DNA of 64,000 bases from Hormiphora californensis (taxonomy: Eukaryota > Animalia > Ctenophora). Below the pieces are notes generated by a model. That model was not told the origin of the DNA. It worked only from the letters and a program-made list of their open reading frames with translations, and ran no database searches. Shown piece after piece: positions 1-23,841 of the stretch (position 1 is the stretch's first letter; each line of letters begins with the position of its first letter). The stretch covers positions 6,076,001-6,140,000 of the forward strand of contig CM035359.1 in assembly GCA_020137815.1 (NCBI GenBank), written 5' to 3'. A program made the position numbers and the translations under genes.

Positions 1-180
1 ATCCTGATTACTTACTAATTAATTAATTATACATTTTTTCTGATTACTTACTAATTAATTAATTAATTAATTATGATTGATTGATCAAGAAAAAGGCCTC
101 ATTAAATAATCATTGTCCACTTATTAATTAACGGGCAATGTTCCCATTTGATCACCATTATCCACCCCCCCCCCCCCCAG

Positions 181-11242
<11,062 letters not shown>

Positions 11243-12148
11243 GACTAACTCTATATAGGGACTCATGAGTGCCAAATACTTTTGTTGAACTACGCACTGT
11301 TTTTTACATATTTTGAGTGTGATAGGAATGATTTGTTTCGCGATGTGATCTTTTTTTTCAAAATGAAATTAACTATTCGAGAGAATTGTTATTCAAAATT
11401 AGGAAATCTGTGTTTTATCAAGAGTAGTAGATCGAGCTGTATGTCCATGAAAGAAATTGATCACGAGCCCTCAAACTAAAATGAGTGAGTCTAATTACAA
11501 TCCAAACCTTTCTAACAGCTTTCAGTGATAACATTAACACCCCGTAGCAACAAACAGCTGTTCACTATCACTAGTAATATTATTTGGGACTCACCACTAT
11601 AATATCCCGCCCTAATTCAAGTCGAGTCATTTTAAGGGAGCTATATAATGGTTATATTTTCTAGAATTGTTGTGAAAACACTGTTATTGTAGACTGTATT
11701 CTGAATTACTGTTGCCAAAATTATAAAACAGGTTGTTAGAAGAATTATTTTTCGCATGATTCGTTGCCGATAGAAGATTTAAAGGAACAAAATGAGACAC
11801 ACGTGGTACTGAGATCTATTGCAATTTTGCACGTGCATTTTCATCGCAGTTGTTCTATAGTGTCGCGTTCGGGATATTTTAACGCCAATATATAAATTGA
11901 GATGTTGCACGTGCTATCATTTTGCACGTGCTGCATTTTGTTTTAGTGTGGAAGTGTGCTCGATCTCTATTAAAATTGTGAATTGTAACTTTCTATCAAT
12001 ATTCCCAAATTACCATTATATTGACACCACAATGTTAACTCCGCTGTTTTGAACTTTGTCTATGAATACGGTTGATGTTTCAATACCAAAAGGCTGCTGA
12101 GAGGTGGTCAAATAAATGCGTGATAAACCATCAATTGTATTGGATTTA

Positions 12149-13525
12149 GTGTGTCCTGGATGTGTCCTGGATGTGTCCTGGATGTGTCCTGGATGTGTCC
12201 TGGGTGTGTCCTGGATGTGTCCTGGATGTATCCTGGATGTGTCCTGGATGTGTCCTAGATGTGTCCTGGATGTGTCCTGGATGTGTCCTGGGTGTGTCCT
12301 GTGGATTTGTCCTGGATGTGTCCTGGATGTGTCCTGGATGTGTCCTGAATGTGTCCTGGATGTGTCCTGGATGTGTCCTGGGTGTGTCCTGGATGTGTCC
12401 TGGATGTGTCCTGGATGTGTCCTGAATGTGTCCTGGGTGTGTCCTGGGTGTGTCCTGGATGTGTCCTGGATGTGTCCTGGATGTATCCTGGATGTATCCT
12501 GGATGTGTCCTGGGTGTGTCCTGGATGTGTCCTGGATGTGTTCTGGATGTGTCCTGGATGTGTCCTGGATGTGTCCTGGATGTGTCCTGGGTGTGTCCTG
12601 GATGTATCCTGGATGTGTCCTGGGTGTGTCCTAGATGTGTCCTGGGTGTGTCCTAGATGTGTCCTGGGTGTGTCCTGGATGTGTCCTGGATGTGTCCTGG
12701 ATTTGTCCTGGGTGTGTCCTAGATGTGTCCTGGGTGTGTCCTGGATGTGTCCTGGATGTGTCCTGGATGTGTCCTGGGTGTGTCCTGGATGTGTCCAGGG
12801 TGTGTCCTGGGTGTGTCCTGGGTGTGTCCTGGGTGTGTCCTGGATGTGTCCTGGATGTGTCCTGGATGTGTCCTGGATGTGTCCTGGATGTGTCCTGGGT
12901 GTGTCCTGGGTGTGTCCTGGGTGTGTCCTGGATGTGTCCTGGATGTGTCCTGGGTGTGTCCTGGATGTGTCCTGGATGTGTCCTGGGAGTGTCCTGAATG
13001 TGTCCTGGATGTGCCCTGGATGTGTCCTGGGTGTGTCCTGGATGTATCCTGGATGTGTCCTGGGTGTGTCCTAGATGTGTCCTGGGTGTGTCCTAGATGT
13101 GTCCTGGGTGTGTCCTGGATGTGTCCTGGATGTATCCTGGATGTGTCCTGGATGTGTCCTGGATGTGTCCTGGATGTGTACTGGGTGTGTCCTGGATGTG
13201 TCCTGGATGTGTCCTGGATGTGTCCTGGGTGTGTCCTGGATGTGTCCTGGATGTGTCCTGGGTGTGTCCTGGATGTGTCCTGGATGTGTCCTGGGAGTGT
13301 CCTGAATGTGTCCTGGATGTGTCCTGAATATGTCCTTGATGTGTTCTGGATGTGTCCTGGATGTGTCCTGGATGTGTCCTGGATGTGTCCTGGATGTGTC
13401 CTGGATGTGTTCTGGATGTGTCCTGGATGTGTCCTGGGTATGTCCTTGATGTGTCCTGGATGTGTCCTGGATGTGTCCTGGGTGTGTCCTGGGTGTGTCC
13501 TGGGTGTGTCCTGGATGTGTCCTGG
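12149..13525 (+). repeat. 11-bp satellite (gtgtcctggat)n, ~1.4 kb
   Basis: Direct tandem array that generates the MCPGCVLDVSW pseudo-ORFs. Confidence 0.97.
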
Positions 13526-13908
13526 TATTTGTTTAGTGTTTGTTCTAAATATAGAAGTTGAATGCTGGATTTCTACCCAAGACAATAACACAATATTGTG
13601 CATTAATATACAATTCGCTTTTGTTCCCTATCGATATCAGCTGAATCGGCAGATTGTAGAAACTCTGCTGAGAGAGAGGGAGAGAGAGGGAGAGAGAGAG
13701 AGAGAATAGAGCTCCTCTCTCTCTCTCTCTCTCTCCTCTCTCTCTCCTCCTCTCCCTCTCTCTCTCTCTCCCTCCCTCCCCTCTCGCTCTTTGATCTCTC
13801 TCTCTCTCTCTCTCAGACTCTGCTCTTTCATTTCTCTCCTCTTCTCTCTCTCTCTCTCCTCTCCCTCTCTCTCCCCTCCCATCCCTCCCTCCCTCCTCCA
13901 TCTACTCG

Positions 13909-13955
<47 letters not shown>

Positions 13956-14589
13956 CTCTCCTCCTCCTCTCTCCTCTCCTCTCCTCTCTCTCCTCCTTTC
14001 AGAGAAATGGGGATGCAAAAGGCCTGATAATTATAATTAGCTAAATCATATCTATCACGTGAAAACGCACCACTCATGATATTAACCCCTCCCAACAATG
14101 AACCGCTATCTTGATCAAGTCATGAAGATTGACGACTAAGAATCATTTCCCCCGTCTCATTCTCAACTAGACTGCTGCTTGACTCAGACACCATGTCAAT
14201 GATCACCAGCCCCCATTGTCTGAGAATCAAAGACAAACCGGGGTAAATGATCACTGAGGGGTCGCTTAAAAACCGTCTACCATAATTGTAGTTAATCTTG
14301 GTCGTAGTCTCTGATTGATTGAACTCTTTTTGTTAGACCCCAGTCAGGTTTATCTGATTTAGGTACTTTGTTTGTGATTGCATTAACGATTCAGTCAATG
14401 AATATAGTAGAAAATTTCCTAACTCAGTCAGTGACAGTTGGGAATCTTAATTTGTGATCTTATACCTACTGAACTGTTTGCAAGACATCTCTTTTGGGGC
14501 TATTTTCCCGGATTTGACCGGGCAATATCAAAAATTGCTTAGGTGCCCCGCTGTAATGTACTCAGTAAAGATTTCTATGATCGACAAAA

Positions 14590-17500
14590 ACCCGGCCCCC
14601 CAAATTTCCCCTTTTCCCTCCTTTCAAAAACAATTTTTATTATATAATCCCCCTTCCCCCACCTCCCCTTTTTCCCAAAACCCCTGCCCTTTTTTTTAAA
14701 AAGGGAAAAATTTTTCGGGGGCCCGGGGGGGCCCCCTCCCCCCCCCCCTTCCCCCCCCTCCCCTTTTTCCCCTTTTCCCCCCCCCCCCCCCCCCCCTCGG
14801 CCGGTGCCTTTTTTTGGGGGGGGTTTCCCCCCTTTTTTTTCCCCCTTTAACAGCCCCCCCGTTTTTTCCCCCCTCCTTTTTCCCCTTTTTCTTTTCTCTC
14901 TCTCTCTCTCCTCCCTCCCTCTCCCCTTTTCCCCTCTCTCCCCTTTTCCCCCCTTTTTTCCCCTTCCCCCCCTTTTCCCCGCCCCCCAAATGGTTTTCAA
15001 ACCTTTTTTTAACCCAAAAGTTTTTTTATCCCCCTATTTCCCCCCCCGAGTTAACCCGGGCCCCCCCTTTCCGGCCCCGTCCCCCCCGGCCCCATGGGGG
15101 GGGCCCCTTCCGGGGTTTTTCCCCTTTAAATTTTTTAGCAGGGGGGAAAAAATTTTTTTTTGTGGCCCCCCCCGGGGGGGCCCAAAGGGTTTTGGGCCTT
15201 TTTTAAAAAAAATTCCCCCCGTTTTAAAAATTTAAATTTTTCTTCACTTTACTTTTGGGGGCCCCCTTTGGGGTCCCTTTTTCCCCCCAAAAAACCCCCG
15301 TTTCCCCGGGTTTTTTGGGGGAAACCCCCTTTTTCCCGGGGGGGGATATTTTGGGAAAAACCCTCCTTTTTTTGGCCCAAAATTTTTTTTCCCCCGGGGG
15401 AGGGGGTTTTTCCTCCCCCTCCTTCCTCTCTTTCCCGGGTTTTCCTTTGGAAAAAAATTTCTTCCGCTTCGGGGGTTTTGGGGTTTCCCCCCCGGGGCTT
15501 TTGTTTCAGGGGTCAGTTTTGGGCCCCTTCCTTCTCCCAATGCAAAATTTGGAAATTGGTTTTCTTTTCCCCCCCTTTGGGGAAACCCCGGGTTTTTGCT
15601 ACTGCACCGCCCACATCAAAGTGACCTCCTGGCCTTTAACCCCCACTCCCTTACCTTAAAAAGGGCTGTTTTCCCGTAAACAAAAAACCCCCACAAAATT
15701 TAAACAAACCTCATAGTTACTTTAAAACCCCCCGGTCCCCTTTCATTTCCTTCTCGGAAGAAAGGACCTTCTTCTTCGGAAACTTGGATTGGCCAAGCTC
15801 ACAAAATATTTTCTAATCTAAAAACAGTCTTTTTAAATCTGAGGGGGGAAGACCAGGGATCCCTCCTCAGTATCCCTTTCTTCCCTAAAAAACCCCCTTC
15901 TTCCTCTACCTAAGTCTGCTGCATAAGCGAAAAGGGCCGGGTGTTCACTTTCATAGTCCTCCATTGTCATTTTTTCAAAATTTTTAAAGTTAGCTTTGTA
16001 TACGGTAATCCCTCTCTTTGCTACTTGATTTTGACACCCATCCCCCCATATTTTCAGGGCCTTCCTGGCAACGCTCATGACGACCTACCGCCTATCTTAT
16101 TCCGGTAAGGGTTTTTTGGGGTTACTTCTCAACAATTTCTACAATCCCCCCCCACTTAAAATTTTATTCTTTTTTTGCCCGTACCCCCTCCGCATTACCC
16201 AAAAAAAAAAAAACCCCCCCCCAAAAAAAAAAACCCTCCCCCCCCCCACCCCCCGCCCCCCTCCCTCCCCAGTGGAGTCCCCACCCACCCATCCAATATC
16301 CTTAAACCCCCCCCCTCCCCCGGATTTAAAAAGGCTTTTCCGAGATTGTCGCTGAACACGCCGCCGGGGAGGGCTACGGGTTTTTGGAAACCCACCACGA
16401 CACCTGGGACTTGGGGCACGGGGGCAATACCCGTGCAAAAAACAACCTCTGTGTGTGTGTGTGAGGGAGGGAGGAGAGACAATCTTTTGAAAGTTAGTGT
16501 AGAGGGTGCAGCTCATTCTGTGTAGTAGTGATGGTATCTGAGTGATCTTGTGGGCCGCAAAGTTATTTGTGAAAACATTGTGGAACACAGGTTTATCTTG
16601 GATATCCATCACTATCATGTACGATGATGCCACCTCTCTACACATATCTTAACCCTTTTATGTTTGCGTTTTTTTTCTGTAGACTCGATATAATAACATA
16701 GACGGCAAGCAAAATAACTGTGTTTTTCTCGTACCCACGAAAACCCAAGGGCTTGTGATCTTAGCATCCAACACGATCTATTGAAATTAAAACGGGGTCT
16801 AGTTTGGTAATTGGATCGGCAATATTTTGGACTTTAGAGGAGTGGACAGTATTCCAAATTAGGCTCTCGGTTTGATCTTATAAAAATGTGTCTCTTTGTG
16901 TGTCTCTATCTTTTTTGCAATGTATCTCTGTGTGTGGTGTCCACTTCTCCGATTTTTTTTATGTCTGTTGTCATGTGCCACTAAAATGTCAAATTCATGG
17001 TATTATGATTTAAAAAAGAAAAATAATTGACTAGTCTATACTCTTTTAAAAGCAAATTCACCCTTTTTCAATTCTGGGCAAATTTTGGGTTGGGCCCCCT
17101 GTTCAACCCTCTTTGGTTTCCTCTTCACAAGGCCGGGGGGCATTTTTTTGGGCCCTTCTGTCCAAAATTATTACATCTTTACAAAAGTTGGGACACATTG
17201 GGTATTTATGTTGTTCCAAAAAAATGAATGAATGAAAAAAGCGGCTAGAATTTCGGGTAGTTTTTTAGCAGTGGGGTCAAAACCCTTTCTGTCAAATGGG
17301 TTTTTATCTCTTAATTTACTACGTTGTTTTCCCTTACCCACATATTCCAAAGACTGTCCTTTTGGCTTCTCTCTATTTAGTTTGGGTCCTTTAAACCCTC
17401 CTCCTCTCTCCCGTCCCAACCCCTTCCTCTCCAAATCCCTCTTCTCCACATGTGATCAATGTGAGAGATCTACCCGTGCACGCTGGACTTCATGGCAAGT

Positions 17501-17853
17501 AGCATTGCCAATAATCATGATTGATTTCCCATATGGTCTAATGTATCCTCCTCTTCTACATGGAGAGAGCTCAGCGGTCTCTCTCCTTTTCTCTCCTCTC
17601 TCCCCTTCCTCCCTCTCTCTCTCTCTCTTCCCTCCCCTCTCCCCTTTGTTTTTCCCTCCTTTCTCTCTCCTCCTTCTTCACTCCCCTTTTCTTTTTTTTT
17701 TTCTTCCCCTCTCCCACCCCTTTATTCTCCCCCCCCTTTGGTTATTTTTTTTTTTTCCCCCCTCCCCCCCCCCCTTTCCCCCCCCCCCTTTTTTTTTTTT
17801 TCCCCCCCTTTTTTTTTTTAAAAAAACCCTTTTTTTTAAAAAAACCCCCCGGG

Positions 17854-17885
<32 letters not shown>

Positions 17886-18202
17886 TAAAATTTTTCTTCG
17901 TTTTTAAAAAATTTTTTTAAAAATTTTTTTTTTTTGGGGGGGGCCCCCCCCCCCAAAAAAACCCAAAAAACCCCCTTCCCCCCCCCCGGGGGGGGTTTTT
18001 AAAAAATTTTCCCGTGGTTTCCTCCCCCTTTTTTTCCCTTTTGTTTATTCCCGGGGGCCCCCCTTTTTTTTTTCCCCCCCCCCCCCTCTCTCTCTCTCTC
18101 TCTCTTTTTTTTTTTTCCCCCCCCCCCTTTCTCTCTCCCCCCCCCCCCCCTTTTTTTTCCCCCCCCCCTTTTTCTCTTTTTCCCCCCCCCCCCTTTTTTC
18201 CC

Positions 18203-18236
<34 letters not shown>

Positions 18237-21200
18237 GGGGGGGGGGGGGGAGGGGGGGGTTTTTTGGGGGGGGGGGGAAAGGGGGAAAGGGGGAAAAAAA
18301 GGGGAAAATTGGGGTTTTTTTTTAAAATTTTTTTTTTTTCCCCTTTTTGGTTTTTTTTTTTTTTTTTTAAAAAATTTTTTTTTTTCCCCCCCCCTTTTTT
18401 TTTGGGTTTTTTTTTTAAAGGGGGGGCCCTTTCCCCCTTTTTTTTTTTTTTTTTTTTTTGGGGGGGTTTTTTGGTTTTTTTTTTTTTTTTTTTGGGGGGG
18501 GGGGGGGAAAAAAGGGGGTTTTTCCCCCGGGGGGGGGGGGGGTTTTTTTTTGGGGTTTTTTTGGGGGGGGGGGGGGAAAAGGGGGGGGGAAATTTTGGGG
18601 GGGGGCCCCCCCCCTTTTCCCCTTTTCCCCCCCCCCAAATGTTTTAAAAAAAATTTTTTTTCCCCCCCCCCCCGGGGGGTTTTTTTAAAAAATTTTAAAA
18701 AATTTTTTTTTAAAAAATTTTTAGGCTTTTTAAAAAAAAACCCCCCCAAACTTTTTTTTTTTTTTTTTTGGGGGGGGAAAATTTTTTTTAAAAATTTTTT
18801 TTTTTTTTTTAAAAAAAAGGGGGGGGCCCCCCTTTAAAAATTTTTTTCCCCTTTTAAAAACCCCCCCCCTTTTTTAAAAAAACCCCCCCCCCCCCCCCGG
18901 TTTGGGCCCCCCTTTTTTTCCCCCCCCCTTTTTTTTTTTTTTTCCCCCCCAAAACCCCCTTTTTTTTAAAATTTGTTTTTTTTTTTTTTTTTTGGGGGGG
19001 CCCCCCAAAAATTTGGGGGTTTTTTTGGGGGGTTTTTTGGGGGTTTTTTTTTTTTGGGGGGGGGGGGTTTTTCCCCGGGGGTTTTTTTTCGTTTTTTTTT
19101 GGGGGGCGGGTTCCCCCCTTTTTTTTTTCCTTTTTTAAAATTTTTTTGGGGGTTTTTTTTTTTGGGCCCTTTTTCGGGTTTTTTTAAAAACCCCCCCCCC
19201 CCAAAAAAATTTTTAAAAACCCCCTTTTTTTAAAAAATTTTTCCCCCTTTTTAAAAAAAAAAGGGGGGGTTTTTTTTGGGGTTTAAAATTTTTTTCCCCC
19301 TTTTTTTGGGCCCCCCCTTTTGGTTTTTTTTCCCAAAGGGCCCCCAAAAAAATTTTTTTAAATTCTGGGGGTTTTGGGGGAAAAAGCCCCCCCTTTTTTT
19401 TTTAAAAAGGGGGTTTTTGGAATTTTTTTAAATTTTTTTAAAAAAATTTTTTTTTTTAAAATTTTTTTTTTGGGCATTTTTTTTAAAGGTTTTGGAAAAA
19501 TTTTTTTAAATTTTTTTTTTTTAAAATTTTTTCCCCCCCTTTTTTATAAATTCCGTTGGGGTTTTTAAAAAAATAGAAACCCAAAAAACCCCCCCCCACC
19601 CCCCACCCCCCCTTTTAAAAGGGGGGGGGGAAGAAAAATTTTTTTGGGGCATTTTTCCCCAAAAACCCTTTTTTTTTAAATTGTTTTTCTCAAAACCTCC
19701 AGCTAGTTTTAGATGGTCCATTATTTAATTGATTTGTAATTAGTTGTGTCAACCACAGGTTGGTCTCCATGGCCTGGTCCCCCTCTGTAAAGCTGATGAC
19801 TTATTCTCTACTAGACCTCAGAATTATAATGTTCTGAATTACACAGTTTTGTATAGTTAGAGCCGCGGTTCGAGCTAGTACAAATCGAAGATTATGTGGT
19901 GCACATGATTTTCTTGGATCCATTGCAACCTATATTCTCGCGAATAATATGTATGAGCGACCTCGATCTCACTCAGGTGTCAATATCACCGAATGATTTC
20001 CATCTTTTATACCAATCTAACTCTGATGCTGGTGGACTGCAGATTGAATAAAGATTACATTCCCTTTTGGTTTCTTGGTAACCCCAATTTTTTAAATTAA
20101 TTCAGTTTCTGATGGCCGGTCTAACACATACTGTATTACAGTTTATGGTCTGATGGACTTCCTGTCTCGTGGTCGTAAATTTTGGGCCCAACTTAAAGCG
20201 TCTTTATTTAAATAATCGTTTCTTTAAAATATTCGTTTTGGTTCATTTTAAAATTTTGGGGGCATTTGAATAGGGGTATTGGCACTTTCGCGAACGAAAT
20301 TGTGTCATTAGAACGTGTTTAGGACTGTTTATTTTTCTCCCACGCAATTAGGCATGCTTTTTCTTTTAATCATGTGTATTTAGTCTTTATTAGAAAAAAG
20401 GTGTGCCTCTCCTCTCAAAACCCTTTGGGACCCAGCCAATAACCCCCTTTCCCAAAAATTTTCCCCCAGTTTAGGATTAACTTTTGACCCAAACTAAAAC
20501 CTAAAAAAATATTTAAAATTTCTTTCCCAAAAAAACCAAGTTTCATGTGCAATCTTGAAAGTTAAGGTTAGATAATTGGGTCCAAATGTTTTCATTTTGG
20601 GCATTTTTTTAAATTTTTAAGCATTTCTAAACGCCTCCACAATTTTCTATAATTTTAAAACTTTAAAGAAAGACCAAATAGAACTGCAAAAAAAAAAAAG
20701 CCCCATCAAAAAATTAAAATTGACTGAGCTTCGATTTCAAAAATTGGGGATTATGCCCAGTGGTACTTAAAGGTACAAAATGTTAAAAACGGGCCGGGGT
20801 TTAGCTTACTGTTAAGGGACAAAAACCGGTCTTGGGGTACAAAGGGATGACTAAATTTTACAAAAAGGAAAATTTGTCTCAGACGTTTTTTTTTACCTGA
20901 TTTGGGTCAATTGCCCCTGGGGGCCCTTTGGGAAAATTTCAATTATTGCCGAAAATAATGAGTTTTTCCCATTTCAAAAAACAAAATAAACCCTTTGAAA
21001 GAAAAAGCATAAATGATTGTTTTAACCCTCAAATTAATATAGGGGAAAATTTACTGTTTTGGGGCATATATACCCTGGGTCGTATGGAAAAAAAACATAC
21101 TTCGGATTTAAAAAATAAATTTTTGTCTTTTTTTGAGTACAAAACCCAAATTTCTCGTTCAATCAAATCCAATCAATAATATCCCAAACATTCAACGTGG

Positions 21201-21300
21201 TGATGAAAAACGTTTTTTCTTTTGACAGACAAACCCCCCCCCCCTTTAAAAACCCTCGTTTGAAAATTTCGTTTTGTTTGGATGGATGCTGGTAAGCTAT
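14590..21300. other. Low-quality, homopolymer-inflated assembly segment
   Basis: Sequence collapses into runs of A/C/G/T (worst at 17700-19700) with no periodicity or codon structure; similar patch at about 26880-28150. Confidence 0.85.
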
Positions 21301-21351
21301 TGGAGTTTTAAGTGATTGATCCAAAAATTTAAAATATTCTGGGGGTAGTAC

Positions 21352-21860
21352 ATGTGTTTCGACCTCCTATCAGTTCCGCAAGTAATAGACAGTCTGTTGT
21401 GCTAGTTGATTCCCCCCATATAGGCATTGTAGGACTTGATCACTTCTGGGCATGGAAAGGACGTCTTTGTTGCCTTCCCTTCACTCTTCTCTGGACTATT
21501 TCGACTTTTCCCAGCTATTGGCGCTTGTAATGACATGAACAGGCTTGTTGTCGATTCATTTTACCACGTTTATTGTCGTAGATGCTACTGCAGATGCGGC
21601 AGGTGACCGGAATATCTTCATCTCTCCACGTGACATGTCCTTATCTGCAGGAAACGATGGCATTCCTTTTCGACCTGCTGAAACTACCCCGGTATAATAG
21701 ATACCTTTCTCGAGAAGATTGAGGACCAGGGCGGGGGTTGAGAAGTAGTTGTCGGCGTACACGTTGACCCAGGTGTCCTTCAGAGATTCTGTGAGACTAA
21801 CAACAACAGATTCGCCTAGCCCCAGCTCAGGTGATTCTTTCCGTCCCGTGTATAAGGCAA
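21352..21860 (-). mobile_element. piggyBac (DDE_Tnp_1_7/PGBD) transposase fragment, left arm of an inverted duplication
   Basis: Minus strand reads YTGRKESPELGLGESVVVSLTESLKDTWVNVYADNYFSTPALVLNLLEKGIYYTGVV..., including the piggyBac DNYF catalytic motif; frameshifted further on. Confidence 0.85.
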
Positions 21861-21891
21861 ATTGATAAAGGCAACCAGTTTTACTCTCGCA

Positions 21892-22329
21892 TCTTCTCGA
21901 GAATGGTATCTATTATACCGGGGTAGTTTCAGCAGGTCGAAAAGGAATGCCATCGTTTCCTGCAGATAAGGACATGTCACGTGGAGAGATGAAGATATTC
22001 CGGTCACCTGCCGCATCTGCGGTAGCATCTAGGGCACAAACGTGGTAAAATGGATCGACAACAAGCCTGTTCATGTCATTACATGCGCCAATAGCTGTGA
22101 AAAAGTCGAAACAGTCCTGAGAAGAGTGAAGGGGAAGGCAACAAAGACGTCCTTTCCATGCCCAGAAGTGATCAAGTCCTACAATGCCTATATGGGGGGA
22201 ATCGACTTGCACGACAGACTGTATATTACTTGTGGAACTGATAGGAGGTCGAAACACAGGTACTATCTCAGACTAGTGTTTAGTTTTATGGATCAATCAC
22301 TCATGATCTTAATATTGATGTTAAATTGA
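21892..22329 (+). mobile_element. piggyBac transposase fragment, right arm of the inverted duplication
   Basis: Reads VKWIDNKPVHVIT...CPEVIKSYNAYMGGIDLHDRL...RRSKHRYYLRLVFSFMD, matching the WxDxxxV and YNxxMGGVD motifs of piggyBac. Confidence 0.85.
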
Positions 22330-22893
22330 GTTGTTGAGATAACACAAATATTGAGTATGCCATCTCAATTCTTAGATTGGTATTTGTGCAGCTATTAACC
22401 GGCCATGTATCATGCTACCTCAATACTTTTTACACAAAATACTAAGTTGTATGTGCAGTTGTGAATCCCTTTCAATTCCTCTTACCCATATTTGTTGTAT
22501 CCCGTATCCCAACATAATAACATATCTCCCTGCAGTATAGCCCCAGAATCATGACTATATTTGACAACTGTTCCATGTGCCCCTGTTTCCCCTCCCTACA
22601 ACAACTTATCAGGTAACCCATCCCTCAAAAGCAGAAGTCTTAAAACTGAACTAAACCAGCACTTGATTTGAACAAAAACCATACGACCGACAGAAATTAC
22701 ACGCAAACACTGAGCAACACAATTGAAAGGGGACTTATCACGCGTGTGTATTGCTATACACACGCGTTATCAAGTGTAATCACACACACTCGACCTTTCA
22801 CCCCCCCCCCCCGATTTTGTTTCTTTGTGCTAGTTTCGTGTTAATATCTTGTGCTAGTTTCGTGTTAATACCTTGTGCTAGTTCTTGTTTCAG

Positions 22894-22948
22894 CGGTAAG
22901 AAAGATGCCCCTCCCCCTGATCACGAGGATGAAAATGGACATAACGAG
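22894..22948 (+). CDS. Candidate upstream coding exon (GKKDAPPPDHEDENGHNE), possibly of the IQ gene
   Basis: tttcag acceptor, gtaggt donor, ends in phase 0, compatible with the exon at 31013. No homology support. Confidence 0.3.
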
Positions 22949-23778
22949 GTAGGTTTCAGTTCAGTATGTCTGTTTGAATTGTGTGGTTATGTGATTGTGT
23001 TTGTGCATAAGTGTGTTGCGTGGAGTTTTTTGTTGAGCTATGATCATGGTGATTTTGGATGAGTTCCAGATGTTCAGATTGTTTTTAGAATGCTGGTGGT
23101 TACTATGGTTACTAAGGGCTGCTGCAGGAGCACACCTGTTCACAGCAGATCTTGCACCTGGTTTTAAATGCTATCTCATTTCTGTATGTCCTTCTTGTTT
23201 CTTCAAATCTTGGTCGTCCTGTAAAATACCTTCCTTGAAAATTAGTTACATTTAATCGTTATTTCCATTTGAATAATCCCAATATTTAGTCTAACTTTAG
23301 TAAAGTCTGGTATGATCAACACGGTCATTTCAATTTAATTCAAACTCCGTGCAAAGTTGCGCAACTACAATTTCCGAGCTGTTTAAACGATGGCACGTGC
23401 ATCAGGAGGGGGATTAACTAGATCACGTGACATTCCATGGGTCAAATCATACGTGAAGAGAAAACATTGACGAGTGGAAAGAAGAGATAGAAAAGTAAGA
23501 AAGCGATGGCTAGGATTTCTGTAGGATTTTTCAGAAAGCAGGTTGGTTGGGCCATGTGAACTGTAATAGGGAAACGAAACGAAAAGAGAGAAAGAAGGGA
23601 GAAAACTAGAGAAATCTCTAAGGCTAAACCCGGAAATTAATCAAAATTAAACACTGCAATAATTACTCGTGATCTTGGTTTCTGTAGGTCGATCACTATA
23701 GGTCTTCCAATTTCCCGTTTTCGTGTGAGTTTCGTATTTTGTTGATCGATCCCAAGCACCATCATCTGCATCTTCGTC

Positions 23779-23841
23779 ATGGCTGAATTGTCAAGAATAG
23801 AGGATATTTTGTATGACGTAGAGTTGACTGATGCTGAATTG
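23779..23841 (+). CDS. Candidate first coding exon (MAELSRIEDILYDVELTDAEL), possibly of the IQ gene
   Basis: ATG, 21 open codons, strong gtgagt donor in phase 0; tttctgtag acceptor about 90 nt upstream. Confidence 0.35.

Noticed and set aside
12116-13709. Long Cys/Trp-rich ORFs (MCPGCVLDVSW repeats, up to 328 aa)
   Set aside because: They translate an 11-bp satellite that is open in several frames on both strands; the unit length is not a multiple of 3.
14575-19721. Many Phe/Pro/Gly/Lys-rich ORFs and apparent G-quadruplex-like tracts
   Set aside because: The region consists of homopolymer runs typical of failed base-calling and cannot be interpreted biologically.
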